Source: Myxococcota bacterium
Lineage (GTDB): Bacteria > Myxococcota > JACRCW01
Assembly (NCBI GenBank): GCA_040752415.1
Contig: JBFMGU010000217.1
Location: 1-17,680, forward strand
Reading direction: 5' to 3'
DNA: 17,680 nt
This document shows, in pieces, positions 1 to 8,298 of the stretch. Every line of letters starts with the position of its first letter. Position 1 is the first letter of the stretch. A model generated the notes under the pieces. The model did not search any database and was not told the DNA's origin. It worked only from the letters and a program-made list of their open reading frames with translations. The translations under genes were made by a program, and so were the position numbers.

Positions 1-143
1 AAGTCCTGCTCACCTCTCGCGGCGGTGTCGATTCGCAGGACTACCCTGGAAGAGGCGTGCGGGCGGCGAGGGACGACCGGGCACCGATCCACTCACCGTA
101 GTCCTGCGAAACGGGTCCCACGGCCTCGCGGTGAGCAGGACTT
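1..143. repeat. Inverted doublet of GTAG-type REP-like palindromic units (REPIN-like)
   Basis: 1-14 AAGTCCTGCTCACC is the exact reverse complement of 130-143, and 32-44 TTCGCAGGACTAC is the exact reverse complement of 98-110. Each unit (1-44 on -, 98-143 on +) reads GTAGTCCTGCGAA-N17/19-GGTGAGCAGGACTT and is itself a hairpin (AGTCCTGC...GCAGGACT). It may extend left of the window. Confidence 0.7.
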
Positions 144-217
144 GTCGTTTTGTTGCCTGCCAATCTCATTGGCGGGGAGCCCAGGGCGTCGTCCCAAAAG
201 AGCCGCGCCCAAATCCG

Positions 218-1465
218 TCAGGCCGCGGCGCTCTGCCTCCGCCCGGTGAGCAGCCAGGTGGGCATGGCCCCCTTCCCCTTCACGTCGATGGTCCCGCGTG
301 GCTCGAGGACAAAGCGGGCCTGCAACCGCTCGCTGGTGGCCTCGGAGACCTGGATGCTGCCCTTCATGCCATGGGACTCCATGCGGCTCGCAATGTTCAC
401 GGCGTCGCCCCACAGGTCGTAGATGAACTTCTTCCGGCCAATGACTCCCGCCACCACCGGCCCGCTGTTGATGCCAATGCGCACGTCCAGCGTCTCTCCC
501 AGGCTGTCCGCGCGTGACCGGATGGCGGCGAGCATGTCCAGGGCCATCTCCGCCACCGCGTCAGCGTGATCCCCGCGCGGCGTGGGCACTCCGCCGACCA
601 CCATGTACGCGTCGCCAATGGTCTTGATCTTCTCCAGGTGGTGCTTCTCCGCCAGGCGGTCAAACTCGGTGAAGATGTCATTGAGCATGTGCACCAGCTT
701 CTCGGGCGGGATGCGCGCGGAGAGCTGCGTGAAGCCCACGATGTCCGCGAACAACACGGTGACGTCGTCATACTTGTCGGCGATGGTGCCGGGTTGCTGC
801 TTGAGCCGCTCGGCGATGGGACCAGGCAGGATGTTCAGCAGCAGCTCCTCGGAGCGTTCGTGCTCGCGGGCCAGCGCGGTGAGCGCGTCCTCCCGGCCCC
901 CGACGAGATAGACGACCATCAACACCGCGAATGCCGCGAAGGTGATCATGTTGAGCGGCAACATCGCCCCGCACAGCCAGTCGGGCATCGTCGAGGGCGG
1001 ACGCGGCAGCCACCGCTCCACGGCGAAGGAAACGCCGAACATGACGGCATACGCACCGAGCCACCGGTAGGCCGCCGCGCGACCGCTGAACGTTGCCGCC
1101 CCCAGCGGAGCCAACATGCCCCACAGCTGCAGCGCGCTGACGTGCTCCGCGCCAATGGTCCACGCCACCAGGAATGGGCCCACCAGGACGGTGAACATGG
1201 CCACGCGCATGAACGCGGCCACGTCCTTGTTCCGCGCCAACAGGAGCAGGCTCCACGTCCACACCACCGCCATGCCCAGCAGCGCCGCGCCCGCGTACGG
1301 CGTCCACACCAGGTGCAGCAGCCCCTCCGCGGCGGTGAACACCACGCCACAGCCCACCACCGCGGTGGCCACGCGTTTGCGCAGTCGCACGTCGTCGGAG
1401 TCCTGCGGAAGGAACCCGATCTCGGTCAGCCGACGCAGTCCTTGCGCAACACCTTCCGAAGCCAT
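218..1465 (-). CDS. Membrane-bound class III adenylate/guanylate cyclase (6 TM plus catalytic domain; Rv1625c-like), probably adenylate-specific
   Basis: Motifs VLFADIVGFT, LEKIKTIGDAYM, RIGINSGPVVAGVIG and KKFIYDLWGDAVNIASRMES; the Lys/Asp specificity pair is typical of ATP-using cyclases. About 6 hydrophobic segments in the N-terminal half. Start placed at ATG 1465 (MASEG) with GAGGT upstream; the ORF track extends to 1570. Confidence 0.92.
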   Translation of the reverse strand: MASEGVAQGLRRLTEIGFLPQDSDDVRLRKRVATAVVGCGVVFTAAEGLLHLVWTPYAGAALLGMAVVWTWSLLLLARNKDVAAFMRVAMFTVLVGPFLVAWTIGAEHVSALQLWGMLAPLGAATFSGRAAAYRWLGAYAVMFGVSFAVERWLPRPPSTMPDWLCGAMLPLNMITFAAFAVLMVVYLVGGREDALTALAREHERSEELLLNILPGPIAERLKQQPGTIADKYDDVTVLFADIVGFTQLSARIPPEKLVHMLNDIFTEFDRLAEKHHLEKIKTIGDAYMVVGGVPTPRGDHADAVAEMALDMLAAIRSRADSLGETLDVRIGINSGPVVAGVIGRKKFIYDLWGDAVNIASRMESHGMKGSIQVSEATSERLQARFVLEPRGTIDVKGKGAMPTWLLTGRRQSAAA

Positions 1466-1644
1466 GCGACACCTCGCCCTGGGGCATTGGAGCACAGGTG
1501 AGGCGGGAGGCGGGAGATGGGGATTGCCACCGTGCCCGTGACCGCGCTCCAGCCCGCCACCACGTGACAACGCCTCTCAATGGTGGCAACGAGTCCAACG
1601 GCTGCCGTGTGGGCGGCGCGGGGCGGCAGCAGAGGGTGATGCCC

Positions 1645-2571
1645 ATGGAGTTGTCGACGTCGGAGAAGGGGTCCCACCAGCGGCTGGCCAACTTTGCATG
1701 GGCCACCCTGGCCTACAACGTCGCCGTGGTGCTGTGGGGTGCGTACGTGCGCGCCACCGGCTCGGGCGCGGGATGCGGCAGCCATTGGCCCACCTGTCGT
1801 GGCGAGGTCATTCCGCGGGAGCCCACCGCCGCCACCCTGATTGAATTCACCCACCGCGCCACCAGCGGCATTGCGCTGCTCATGGTGGTGTGGCTCCTCA
1901 TTCGGTGCCTGCGTGAGCTTCCCGCGGGGCACCCGGGTCGTCGTGGCGCGGTGGCGTCCATGTTCTTCATGCTCACCGAGGCCGCGGTGGGCGCGGGCCT
2001 GGTGCTCTTCGAGCTGGTGGCCGAGAACAAGAGCATGGCGCGCGGCATGTTCATGGCCGTCCACCTCGTCAACACGTTCCTGCTGCTGGCGTCCATGGCG
2101 TTGACGGCGTGGTGGTCGTCGGGGCGGCCGGCGGTGTCGTTGCGCCGTCAGGGTCCGCGCGGGGTGTTCTTCATCAGCGCGGTGATGTTGCTCCTCGTGC
2201 TCGGCGTCAGCGGCGCCATCACCGCGCTGGGCGACACGCTCTTTCCCGCCGGATCGCTGGAGGAGGGGCTGGCCATGGACCTGTCGGCCACCGCGCACCT
2301 GTTCGTGCGGCTGCGGCTGATCCACCCGTTCCTGGCCGCGGGCGTGGGCCTCTACCTGGTGGTGGGCGTGGCGACGTTGCAGCTCCAACGCGGGGAGCAC
2401 CGCGGCCTGGCGCGCTCGCTGATGGTGTTCCTCACGCTGCAGATGATTGCCGGTCCGGTGAACGTGTTGCTCCTCGCCCCGGTGTGGCTGCAGCTGGTGC
2501 ACCTGCTCCTGTCCGACCTGCTGTGGCTCAACGTGGTGCTCCTCGGCGCTGGGACGTTGGCTCGACGTTGA
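1645..2571 (+). CDS. ctaA: Heme A synthase, COX15/CtaA family
   Basis: GAYVRATGSGAGCGSHWPTC (Cys pair), EFTHR, and conserved His in VHLVN, IHPF and LVHLL; about 8 TM helices. ATG 1645 (alternative 1639) with GAGGG at 1632-1636. Confidence 0.88.
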   Translation: MELSTSEKGSHQRLANFAWATLAYNVAVVLWGAYVRATGSGAGCGSHWPTCRGEVIPREPTAATLIEFTHRATSGIALLMVVWLLIRCLRELPAGHPGRRGAVASMFFMLTEAAVGAGLVLFELVAENKSMARGMFMAVHLVNTFLLLASMALTAWWSSGRPAVSLRRQGPRGVFFISAVMLLLVLGVSGAITALGDTLFPAGSLEEGLAMDLSATAHLFVRLRLIHPFLAAGVGLYLVVGVATLQLQRGEHRGLARSLMVFLTLQMIAGPVNVLLLAPVWLQLVHLLLSDLLWLNVVLLGAGTLARR

Positions 2572-2754
2572 GCATCCCCGCCGCTCGACGCGCGCCTCCC
2601 GCCTGGGACAGGATGCCGCCCGGATCACCGACGTGACAGCACCCTTCCGCTTCCGGCCCAGCCGAGGGTGGAACAACGCACCGGGCCGGTGTGTTGTGCG
2701 TTGTGCACGTCGTCAGCGTCCCGCCCATCGCCGCAACCGCGTTCGGAATCCTTC

Positions 2755-4203
2755 ATGTCCAACTACAGTCTCAGCTCCACTCCCAAGAAGTCCGGCGGCA
2801 ACACGGTGCTGCGTTTCCTGGTCATGCTGGTGGTGATGGGCGTGGCCGGCGCCGCGGGCGCCATGGTGACGTTCCGGGAGACGCCGCCGCCCGTCCTGGA
2901 GATTGCCTCCAACCTGCCCGGCATTGGCCAGAAGACCGAGATCACGGTGAAGGCGCGTGAGCCGGACCGCGGCCTGGCGCACGTCAAGGTGGAGCTGGTG
3001 CAGGGCAACACCACGCAGCTGTTGACGGAGGCCAACTTCACGCCGCGCAAGGTCTGGGACCGCTGGGGCCCGCTGACGGCGGAGCACACCTTCACCGTGG
3101 CGGTGGGCAAGTCGGTGAATCCCGCGCTGGTGCAGGGCACCGCGGAGATCCGCGTCACCGCCGAGCGGGTGGGCACCTGGCTCAAGACGCCCGACCCCGA
3201 GGTGAAGACGCTCTCGCTCCCCGTCCAGCTGACCCCGCCCACCATCACGCCCACCTCGCAGGCCATCTACGTGAACCAGGGCGGCGTGGAGGCGGTGGTG
3301 TACCAGGTGGGTGAGACCAGCGTGCGTGACGGCGTGCAGGTGGGCGAGTGGTTCTTCCCCGGCTACCCGCTGCCCGGCGGCGGACCGCAGGAGCACTTCG
3401 CGCTGTTCGCCATCCCCTATGACATGACCGACGCCAGCGGCGTGAAGCTGGTGGCGCAGGACGCGCTGGGCAACCGCGGAGAGAGCGCCGGCTTCGTGCA
3501 CAAGTTCTTCCCGCGTCCCATGGGCAAGGACACCATCCAGCTCAACGACAAGTTCCTGGAGAAGGTGGTGACGGAGGTGCTTCCGCAGTCCGGCCTCGTC
3601 GACAAGCAGGGCCTGCTGGACAACTACCTGCAGATCAACGGCGAGCTGCGCAAGCGCAACAATGAGCACCTCAAGGAGCTGGCCACAAAGACCAGGGCGT
3701 CGTTCCTGTGGCGTCAGGGATTCCAGCCCATGGAGAACGCCAAGGTGATGGGCAACTTCGCCGACCGGCGCACGTACGTCTACAACGAGAAGCAGGTGGA
3801 CACGCAGGACCACCTGGGCTTTGACCTGGCCTCGCTGCGCCTGGCTCCCGTGCCCTCCGCCAACGACGGCGAAGTGGTGCTGGCGAAGTACTTCGGGATC
3901 TTCGGGAACGCGGTGGTGGTGGACCACGGCTTTGGCATCATGAGCCTGTACGCGCATCTCTCCTCCATTGACGTGAAGGAAGGCGCGGCGGTGAAGCGCG
4001 GGCAGACGCTGGGCAAGACCGGCGCCACGGGGCTGGCCGGCGGCGACCACCTGCACTTCACCATGCTGCTCCACGGACTGCCGGTGAACCCGGTGGAGTG
4101 GTGGGACAGCCACTGGATTCATGATCGCCTGGTCCTCAAGCTGGGCAGCGCGCTCCCGTTTGACGACGAGAGCAAGGCTACCGCCAAGGGCAAGCGCGGC
4201 TGA
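2755..4203 (+). CDS. M23 family zinc metallopeptidase (peptidoglycan endopeptidase) with N-terminal membrane anchor
   Basis: HLGFD (HxxxD), YAHLS and GDHLHF (HxH) motifs, GNAVVVDHG; N-terminal TM FLVMLVVMGVAGAAGAMVTF. Start at ATG 2755 (MSNYS). Confidence 0.92.
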   Translation: MSNYSLSSTPKKSGGNTVLRFLVMLVVMGVAGAAGAMVTFRETPPPVLEIASNLPGIGQKTEITVKAREPDRGLAHVKVELVQGNTTQLLTEANFTPRKVWDRWGPLTAEHTFTVAVGKSVNPALVQGTAEIRVTAERVGTWLKTPDPEVKTLSLPVQLTPPTITPTSQAIYVNQGGVEAVVYQVGETSVRDGVQVGEWFFPGYPLPGGGPQEHFALFAIPYDMTDASGVKLVAQDALGNRGESAGFVHKFFPRPMGKDTIQLNDKFLEKVVTEVLPQSGLVDKQGLLDNYLQINGELRKRNNEHLKELATKTRASFLWRQGFQPMENAKVMGNFADRRTYVYNEKQVDTQDHLGFDLASLRLAPVPSANDGEVVLAKYFGIFGNAVVVDHGFGIMSLYAHLSSIDVKEGAAVKRGQTLGKTGATGLAGGDHLHFTMLLHGLPVNPVEWWDSHWIHDRLVLKLGSALPFDDESKATAKGKRG

Positions 4204-4250
4204 CTGGCGCCCCGCGGTCCGCCCGCGCACCACCACCTGTTGGGGCGTGA

Positions 4251-4279
4251 TTGACCCCTTGGCGGGGCGCCACTACCAA
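4251..4279 (+). promoter_or_regulatory. Putative sigma70-type promoter for the 4288 gene
   Basis: TTGACC (4251-4256), 17 nt, TACCAA (4274-4279), then 8 nt to ATG 4288; no obvious SD. Confidence 0.4.
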
Positions 4280-4287
4280 TCGTCGCC

Positions 4288-5091
4288 ATGACGGGAACCC
4301 AACAGCCCTGGGAGTACCTGGCGCCCAACATCAAGGTGATGGAGACCATCCAGGTGGTCTTTGCCAGCTCGGAGGTGTTGCCCCTCATCGGCTCCTCCAC
4401 GCTGCGCGACGTGCTCATCCGCCAGATGGACGCGCTCATGACCGGGAGGGACGTTCATCTCCACGTCGTGTGGGATGCGCTGAAGCTTCGTCCCGGTTTC
4501 GTGCCGGAGAAGGCCTACGCGCCGTTCTGCACGCTGGAGAAGCTGGGCGGGCTGCTGGGCGTCCAATTCCAGTTGCCCAACGCGGTGAGCGCCTTGGATG
4601 AAGCCACGCGCGCGCGCCACGCCCGGGACTGCCCCGTCAGCGAGAGGGACGTGGTGGAGCGACTCAACGCCGTGGCCACCGCGCCCACCAACGTGGAGCT
4701 GCCGCCGCCCAGGGCCCGCAAGCCCGCCGGCAGGATGGACGGCGCGGCGTGGGTGAAGGTTGCCGTCATGGCGTTGCTCACCGCGGGCTCGGTGGGCGCC
4801 TCCGCGTACTACGTGTTCTTCCGCCCGCAGGGAGAGCCGCTGCAGGTGAGCGCGCTGGGGGGAAACATCCCGGTGACGTCGGCCACGCGCTACAGCAGCG
4901 TTGCCACCGCGGTGCTCTCTGACGAAGCGTGGCTAACCCGGCCGGAAGTGGAACGTCGTCGGGATCTGCAGGAAGCGCTGAGCAAGGTGACGCCCGCCGG
5001 CATGGACCGCGTGGTCCTGCGCGACAGCTCCGGTGCCGTCCGCGCCGTGGCCATCTCCCAGAACGGTCAGGTCAGCTTCCTCTTCCCCTGA
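4288..5091 (+). CDS. Hypothetical single-pass membrane protein (267 aa)
   Basis: Strong GC3 codon bias; fills the gap between the M23 and pilin genes; Pro-rich linker, then TM WVKVAVMALLTAGSVGASAYYVFF. No family recognised. Confidence 0.75.
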   Translation: MTGTQQPWEYLAPNIKVMETIQVVFASSEVLPLIGSSTLRDVLIRQMDALMTGRDVHLHVVWDALKLRPGFVPEKAYAPFCTLEKLGGLLGVQFQLPNAVSALDEATRARHARDCPVSERDVVERLNAVATAPTNVELPPPRARKPAGRMDGAAWVKVAVMALLTAGSVGASAYYVFFRPQGEPLQVSALGGNIPVTSATRYSSVATAVLSDEAWLTRPEVERRRDLQEALSKVTPAGMDRVVLRDSSGAVRAVAISQNGQVSFLFP

Positions 5092-5095
5092 CCGC

Positions 5096-5521
5096 TCAAT
5101 GGCAGGCATTCACCTGGTTGGCCGGCTCGGGGTGGTTCACGTCGCTGCTCCACACGTCGGGCGGGCCGCCCGGATTGACCGGCAGCTTCTGGTCCGCCGC
5201 CACCACCTGCCACGTGGTGTCCGTGGTGGTGAAGGTGAACCGGTAGTACACCGCCCCGCTCAACGACTGCGGATCCAGCGGCCCGTATGACGTCAACGCC
5301 GTCACGTCCAGGTACGAGCCGTACTCGCCGTTGTAGGTCGTCTGCGCCACCGCGATGGCATTGAGCACGCCGCGCGCTTCGTTCTGCCGCGCCTTGCACA
5401 TGAAGCTCACGTAATTCGGCATGGCCAGTGAAACCAGGATGCCGAACGTCAGCACCACGAACATCATTTCCACAAGGCTGAAGCCCCGCGCCCGTCTCCT
5501 GGCCATGCGCACCCCGCTCAT
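5096..5521 (-). CDS. Type IV pilin / prepilin-type N-terminal cleavage-methylation protein (PilA/PilE-like)
   Basis: Class III signal RRRARG|FSLVEMMFVVLTFGILVSLAMPNY with Glu at +5, followed by KARQNEARGVLNAIAVAQTTYNGEYGSY. Start is ATG 5521 or 5506. Confidence 0.9.
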   Translation of the reverse strand: MSGVRMARRRARGFSLVEMMFVVLTFGILVSLAMPNYVSFMCKARQNEARGVLNAIAVAQTTYNGEYGSYLDVTALTSYGPLDPQSLSGAVYYRFTFTTTDTTWQVVAADQKLPVNPGGPPDVWSSDVNHPEPANQVNACH

Positions 5522-5528
5522 GCCGCCG

Positions 5529-5560
5529 CTCGTACCATGCCACCGGGCGTTGGCCAACGC
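5529..5560 (-). promoter_or_regulatory. Putative pilin promoter overlapped by a perfect 14-bp palindrome (candidate operator)
   Basis: Minus strand: TTGGCC (5557-5552), 17 nt ending in TGG, TACGAG (5534-5529), 7 nt, ATG 5521. Palindrome GCGTTGGCCAACGC at 5547-5560. An overlapping TGGCATGGTACGAGC also fits the sigma54 GG-N10-GC spacing. Confidence 0.35.
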
Positions 5561-5660
5561 TTGGAACGGGCGGTTCACGTCGTTGTGGTATAGCCGCCCG
5601 CCACATGGGACCCGCGCCCGGGAGCTGACGCGGCGTCCACGACGGACGAAGGAGGGGCGC

Positions 5661-7163
5661 ATGGCATCCCAAGCCGAAACCGCGGCTTTGCCGGAGAGGT
5701 TCAGCACGGGCGTGGCGGGCCTGGACACCATCCTGGGGGGCGGTTTCTTCCGCGGCGGCATCTACGTGGTGAGCGGGAGGCCGGGGGCGGGGAAGACCAT
5801 CTTTGCCAACCAGGCCTGCTTCCAACACGCCGCGCGGGGGGAGCGCGCGCTCTATGTGACGCTATTGGCGGAGAATCACGCGCGAATGCTGACGCAGATG
5901 CGCTCCCTCTCGTTCTTCCGCCAGGAGAGCGTGGGGACCAGCATCCACTTCATCAGCGCCTTTGACGCCCTGGCCAAGGAGGGACTGGATGGCCTGTTGC
6001 GCGTGGTGCAGAAGACCGCGCGCGACCTGGGCGCCACGCTCCTGGTGCTGGACGGGATGGTGACGGCGGAGAACCTGGCGCGCAACAACGTGGACTACAA
6101 GCGCTTCATCCATGAGCTGCAGACGTGGTGCGGGCTCATGGAGTGCTCCGTGATCCTGTTGACCAGCACACCCTCGGACCCGGCCATCCAGCCGGAGCAC
6201 TCCATGGTGGAGGGCATCATCGAGCTGTGTCGGCAGGGGCACCGCATGCGCAGCGTCCGGCTGCTCAGCGTCACCAAGTTCCGCGGCGGTCCGGTGCTGG
6301 AGGGGGAACACTCCTATGTCATTGACCAGAACGGGCTGGACGTATTCCCGCGGCTGGAGTCGCTGGCCATGCATCCGCCGGTGGCGCGTGACCACGGGGC
6401 GCGCGCGGGGACAGGTGTGGCGGCGCTGGACCGGGTGCTGGGCGGGGGATTCCCGGTGGGCTCGGCGTCGCTGGTGCTGGGGCCTACCGGCTGCGGCAAG
6501 ACCATGCTGGGCATGCAGTTCCTGGAGGCGGGCGCGGCGCATGGGGAGAACGGGTTGTTGTTCACGTTCTTCGAGAACGCGGTCGACCTCGTGGAACGGC
6601 AGGGCAGCGTGTGGCGGCGCCTGCGTGGTCACCTGCAGGAGGGTCGCATCCACGTGTGCTGGCAGCCGCCCACCGAGCGCATCCTGGACGCCATGGGCGC
6701 CACGCTCGTCGACACGGTGGTCCGACAGCGGGCGCGCCGCGTGTTCATGGATGGCCTGGCCGGCTTCCGCGAAGCGCTGCCCAACCCGGAGCGCCTCTCC
6801 GCGTTCTTTGCCGCGCTCACGCAGATGCTGGCGGACCAGGGGGTGACCACGCTGGTCTCCGAGGAGACGCGCGACCTTCTCCCGCGGGAGGCGCAGATTC
6901 CCACCACCGGCGTCTCCGCCACGTTCCAGAACATCCTCTTCCTGCGCCACGTGGAGGACCGCGGCCACCTCACGCGCGTGGTCTCCGTGGTCAAGATGCG
7001 CGACAGCCCCCACGAGCACGGCACCTACCGCGTCACCGTCGGTGGCGACGGGCTGGACCTCCACGGCGCGCTGCCGGACCCGGCTCCCGGTGGTCGCGCC
7101 GCGAGGACAACCCGGGCCACACCGCGCCGCGCCAGGGTCCGCGCCAAGGCAAGGAAGCGCTGA
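5661..7163 (+). CDS. KaiC-like (RAD55/RecA superfamily) double-domain ATPase
   Basis: Two ATPase domains: STGVAGLDTILGGG...GRPGAGKT...LLVLDG...KFRG and TGVAALDRVLGGG...GPTGCGKT...VFMDG...KMRDS. Strong SD GGAGG before ATG 5661. Confidence 0.92.
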   Translation: MASQAETAALPERFSTGVAGLDTILGGGFFRGGIYVVSGRPGAGKTIFANQACFQHAARGERALYVTLLAENHARMLTQMRSLSFFRQESVGTSIHFISAFDALAKEGLDGLLRVVQKTARDLGATLLVLDGMVTAENLARNNVDYKRFIHELQTWCGLMECSVILLTSTPSDPAIQPEHSMVEGIIELCRQGHRMRSVRLLSVTKFRGGPVLEGEHSYVIDQNGLDVFPRLESLAMHPPVARDHGARAGTGVAALDRVLGGGFPVGSASLVLGPTGCGKTMLGMQFLEAGAAHGENGLLFTFFENAVDLVERQGSVWRRLRGHLQEGRIHVCWQPPTERILDAMGATLVDTVVRQRARRVFMDGLAGFREALPNPERLSAFFAALTQMLADQGVTTLVSEETRDLLPREAQIPTTGVSATFQNILFLRHVEDRGHLTRVVSVVKMRDSPHEHGTYRVTVGGDGLDLHGALPDPAPGGRAARTTRATPRRARVRAKARKR

Positions 7164-7164
7164 G

Positions 7165-7551
7165 ATGCGGCGGGGGCGCGCAACCATTCTCGTCGTGGAT
7201 GACGAGTCCGCGGTGGTGCAGGCGCTGGCGGAGGCGCTGACGTCGGAGGGTTACGTGGTGGTGGCGGCGCCGCACGGGCTGGCTGCGTTGGAGGCCGTGA
7301 CCGTGCACCGCCCGGACCTGATCCTGCTGGACCTCATGATGCCGGTGATGGACGGTCTGGCCTTCCTGCGCCGCCTCCGCGCCCAGTCGCCAGGTGACGA
7401 GGTGCCGGTGGTGCTGATGACCGCCGCCACGTCCGCGCTGCTGCAAGCACCCGAGAGATCCTGGGACCACCACCTCCCCAAGCCCTTCACGTTTCCGCAG
7501 CTGGAGCAGGTGGTGCAGCGGGTGCTCGCGCGACGTCGTCAGCCGGCGTGA
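7165..7551 (+). CDS. Single-domain response regulator (CheY-like receiver)
   Basis: ILVVDDE, LILLDLMMPVMDG (phospho-Asp), VVLMTA, KPF. ATG lies 1 nt after the KaiC-like TGA, suggesting translational coupling. Confidence 0.92.
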   Translation: MRRGRATILVVDDESAVVQALAEALTSEGYVVVAAPHGLAALEAVTVHRPDLILLDLMMPVMDGLAFLRRLRAQSPGDEVPVVLMTAATSALLQAPERSWDHHLPKPFTFPQLEQVVQRVLARRRQPA

Positions 7552-7648
7552 GCCTGGGACCAGGGAGCTGCGTCACCCCGGGTATCCAAGGCCGGTGAAA
7601 CGCCGAGTACGGGCTGCGCCGGTGCCGGAACAAGCTGCCCACCGCGCT

Positions 7649-7933
7649 TGCGGACGTCGTGAGCGGACCGCACGTGGAGGGCGGCGGCCGGTCGGCGCCC
7701 TGGCCAGCGACGAGCAGGCTCCCCACCGGCAACGGTCCACCAGGCGCGGCCACGGGTGCATTTCCGGGCGCTGGGATCGGCCGCCAAGGCCGCACCCGAC
7801 GAGGAGTGTGCAGCCTCACGCCCGACGTCCCGGAGCCCCCGGCCTGTTCGGTCCGCCGGGAACGCGCTCGGCGCTGGCCAGGGCGGCGCGGGCTCGCCGC
7901 ACTCCAGGTCGCGGTCCGCTCACGACGTCCGCA
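7649..7933. repeat. Long imperfect inverted-repeat element (~75-bp arms); candidate structured ncRNA or MITE
   Basis: 7649-7671 is the exact 23-bp reverse complement of 7911-7933; 7696-7709 is the exact 14-bp reverse complement of 7872-7885; pairing continues to ~7723/7858; internal sub-hairpins are present. Confidence 0.75.
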
Positions 7934-7968
7934 TACCCGAGTCGCAACTTGCCCCGGCGCAGGGCCTA

Positions 7969-8298
7969 CGGGGCTGCGTCTAAACGAATTGCTAATTCCG
8001 TCGTGGCCGGCGAACACCCAACCCCCCACGCTTGTCCCGCTGCGCTCGCTCGCCCCCCTTCCCCACACCCGCTCACCGTCGTCAACCATTGCGGGGAAGG
8101 GGGGCACGCATTGGCACTGGCACTTTTTCTCGTCGGAAAGAGGGCAGCTGCGCCCAAGGTTGCCCCCCTTCCCCGGCTCGGTGACGACGGAAACCTGGGA
8201 CTGGGGAAGGGGGGCGAGTGGGCGCAGCGGGGCAACCGTGGGGGGTTGGGTGTTCGCCGGCCACGACGGAATGGGCAATTTGTTTAGACGCAGGCCTC
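7969..8298. mobile_element. MITE/REPIN-like non-autonomous element with ~130-bp terminal inverted repeats, flanked by TA
   Basis: 7974-8065 pairs ungapped with 8202-8293 (85 Watson-Crick, 5 G-T, 2 mismatches; perfect 36-bp run 7995-8030/8237-8272). Further blocks pair at 8076-8084/8182-8190 and 8092-8106/8161-8175. TA at 7967-7968 and 8299-8300. No transposase. The repeat is certain; mobility is inferred. Confidence 0.7.

Noticed and set aside
5661..7163. Bona fide circadian clock (kaiABC)
   Set aside because: No kaiA or kaiB in the window; the EE and ST motifs diverge from cyanobacterial KaiC.
7649..7933. Retron msr-msd, RNase P, tmRNA, SRP, 6S or ribozyme identity for the structured element
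   Set aside because: No reverse transcriptase in the window and none of the diagnostic conserved sequences could be found by eye. Left as unidentified.
7978..8289. Integron attC interpretation (GTCTAAAC...GTTTAGAC ends; GTCTAAC at 11952-11958)
   Set aside because: The ends deviate from RYYYAAC/GTTRRRY, the element is far longer than typical attC sites, the flanking genes are housekeeping, and there is no integrase.
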